Assembly (NCBI GenBank): GCA_964016885.1
Contig: OZ024741.1
Span: 359,848,001 to 359,912,000, forward strand
Direction: 5' to 3'
Length of the DNA stretch: 64,000 nt
DNA from: Eledone cirrhosa
Lineage: Eukaryota
The notes below the pieces were generated by a model, which saw nothing but the letters and a program-made list of their open reading frames with translations, was not told where the DNA came from and ran no database searches. The position numbers and the translations under genes are program-made. Shown in pieces: positions 61,254 through 64,000 of the stretch (positions within the stretch are counted from its first letter, which is position 1; each line of letters begins with the position of its first letter).

Positions 61254-61418
61254 ATATGAAAAATTCGGGACCCCGACAGCTGAGCTCCTGCCGTTTCAAC
61301 AGCTAGATCCGTTGAAACGGCAGGAGCTCAGCTGTCGGGGTCCCGAATTTTTCATATTACCCACTACTATCCCAAGTATTGAGTAATGGTCTAACTGGTT
61401 TTTACTGCCTCTATTCTG
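61254..61418. repeat. (TA)n-flanked perfect fold-back unit
   Basis: 47-bp perfect arms 61254-61300 and 61311-61357, 10-nt loop, ~60-bp unique tail. Confidence 0.92.
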
Positions 61419-62499
61419 ATATATATATATATAGCGAGAGAAAAAACCTTATACAAAATCACTGAGGGGTAGATCCCAATAAAGTAATCTAAAAAACTTC
61501 ACAAGCATTTTTCCCTAGAGATATAGTCTTAGTAAAGTAACCTAAAGCTAATATATACACAAGTATGGAAAAAAGATGTTAAATGGTGATGATGATGATG
61601 AGATGTGTATGTATGTATATCATCATCATCACTGCTTAACATCTATTTTCCATGCTTGTATGGGTTAGACAGGTTGGCACATAACTGAGGCTTGACTGAT
61701 CATGTGACTATGTCTTGTTCATATGCTCTGTTTATTGTTTGCATGAATACTTTTCCTAATGCCAACCACTTTACAGCATATGCTGAAAGCATTTTATTGT
61801 GATTCCGGCACTTCTACCTTACAGGGTGGACTGGGTGCTTTTTGTCATGGCACCAGTACCACCTCATTATGTTACTAGGGTGCTCCATGTGTAAGGCCGG
61901 GGAGGTACTGGTGGAAGTGGGGTTGTATGTATGTATATGTACATATCTGTGTTTATTGTTTATGTCCAGTAACCTAGCATTTTGACAAAAAAGATTAATA
62001 AAAAAGTACTAAATTTCAAAAGATAAATCCTGGGGTAAATATGATCGACTAAATCTCTTCAATTTGATGGCCCAACATGGCCACAGTCTATTGATGAAAC
62101 TAGTAAAAGAATAAAAGTATTTAATGAAATAAATGTCAAACAAAAGAAGCCTTCTAAGAAATTCTATACAATAAAAGACAGTTAAAAAAGATACTGGCAT
62201 TTCTCATTAGTGTAGTTAATTTATGAAGAGTGATGCTGTCTTTAATTTTATATGGCTGCTGATTAATGATCTCCACCATCCCCCCCCCCCGCAGTCAACT
62301 ATCTCTTTATTCAAACAGTTAAAGTTGTCAATGATAGGAAAATAATTGTTGAGAGGGAAAAGAAGGCAACTGAATGGACTGTTAGTTTTCATTTCCTGTG
62401 ACTGACATCTCTGGTTTCCTTCATAGTGGGTAATGGTAATTTATTGTTGAACAAAAATATACAATAATGAAAGTATTAAAAAAAAGATTAAAATAATAA

Positions 62500-62835
62500 A
62501 CAAGAGGGTAGAGGGAGGAGGAATAAAAAAAAGAAAGAAAAATGGGGAAGAGAGAAGGGAAGGTGGAGGAGTAAATTTCACACCCTTTGAAGGGTGATAT
62601 ATCTTAGCAGTGCCTAGCAGACAAGATAGAGAAAGCATTGCCAAAGAGAACAGCCAGCAACATTCAGTGCAAAAGTCATTCCACCTCACAGGGCTCCTTC
62701 ATCAGGCGATGAAGGATTTTATGGAGGAAAATGGCAGTCAGAGGACTGGGGATACTGAAGATCTCAATGGCAACCAGCAGAAAAAGGAAGCAGTCGGTCA
62801 AATCCTGGTATTTGGCTATCTTCTGTTCCACTGCA
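62500..62835 (-). mobile_element. CRE-like element 3' fragment
   Basis: EQKIAKYQDLTDCFLFLLVAIEIF...LAVLFGNAFSILSA. Confidence 0.6.
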
Positions 62836-64000
62836 GTGTGCAGGTTTGTTACTAAAGAATAGTGGGGTAGAGAAGTCAGTTCTAGAATAGCACTAACTAC
62901 AGTCACATTTAACTTTATTTCAATCAGTAATAAACAGTAGAATTTATATATCTATCTCAAGATAATTCCTTTCAGTTATGTTAACTTAATCCATGCTAGT
63001 ACAGGAAAGTGGATGTTAAACCGTGATGATGATGATGATGATGTAATGATTTAACAGAAAATATAGAAAAACAGACTTGTTAATTCAAATGTTTACTAGC
63101 AGACAGATTATTGTGAAAATTTGAAGCATTTTCTCTTAACACCTTGCAATGATTTAGCAGAAAATATCTACAAAATGGGTTTCTCAATTCAAACGTTTAT
63201 AGTATATTTACTAGTGAACAGATCATTGTAAAAATTTGCAGTATTACGTGCAATAAACACTTTCATTTTTAATGTGAGTTAATAATAGTGTTGTTTTGTA
63301 CTTTTCAAGAATGTCTTGCTACTGTGGTTTCATATCTTGAGATCATTAAGAGTCAGGTGAACAGTTTTCTCATAAAACAGTGTTATATAAATGTCAGCCA
63401 AAAACATCAACCTAACATCACAAACAGCCAAGTGAGTTAATCATAAGTGGCGTTAACCCTTTCATTACCCTATGATTTTCAAATAATCAAGAATTTGGAG
63501 GGGTTTAGTAAAATATCTAACTTTCTCAATATTAAGCTGGTATTTGGAACATAACAAAGGTTCTTACATAAAATTATGATGGTAGGTTTTTAGATAAATA
63601 TAAATACTTTAACATAAACAGCTTTTTATTGTAAAATCAGGAATGGTTCAGTCAGTTTGGTATGAAGAGGATCAAATAATGGTCAAATTCTAGTTATATC
63701 CCCCAAACTTGTATAAAGAACAATATATTTAAATCAGAATTCAAGCTCGCTAACATTGTTAAATGCTTATATTATAGATTAGATTATTTAATGGCATGGC
63801 AATTAAATTATATCTCTTAGAAACACACTTCTTGGCTCAACGTTTAGTTTAAGATTTTGTTTTATTACTTTTTACTTTTTTTTTTAGTTAGTAACAACAT
63901 AGGGTAAACAAAACTCTTCAGTCATGCAAAGTCTTTAGTGCTGGTACTGTGATAAAAATACTTAGTACACTCTGCTAAGTGATTGGCATTAGGAAGGACA

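Overview
Repeat-rich animal genomic DNA, not prokaryotic. The (TA)n/(CA)n/(GAT)n microsatellites, Nin/Deu-domain-like SINEs and RTE/Penelope load suggest a cephalopod such as octopus; this is an inference. Three host genes can be read. (1) The first two coding exons of an atypical ARF/ARL-family small GTPase on the minus strand (36882-36792 and 23773-23591). (2) A complete two-exon PRORSD1/ProX-type aminoacyl-tRNA deacylase on the plus strand (43650-43739 + 56446-56871). (3) The last exon of a SOCS-box gene on the minus strand (59318-59109). There is also a decayed histone H3 orphon. Mobile elements include an apparently intact RTE LINE with a PHD-like finger in its ORF, a near-intact Mag-like Gypsy LTR element (5-bp TSD, one frameshift) inside the PRORSD1 intron, a Penelope-like element, five CRE-like 3' fragments, Tx1/CR1/mariner/Helentron remnants, MITEs and SINEs. 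The most unusual signals are: microsatellite-flanked fold-back (long inverted repeat) units, some carrying hammerhead-ribozyme cores; a twin hairpin with identical loops at 776-982; an LTR that appears to have captured a SINE/tRNA fragment; and the switch-mutated ARF. All calls are by eye; no searches or folding were run.
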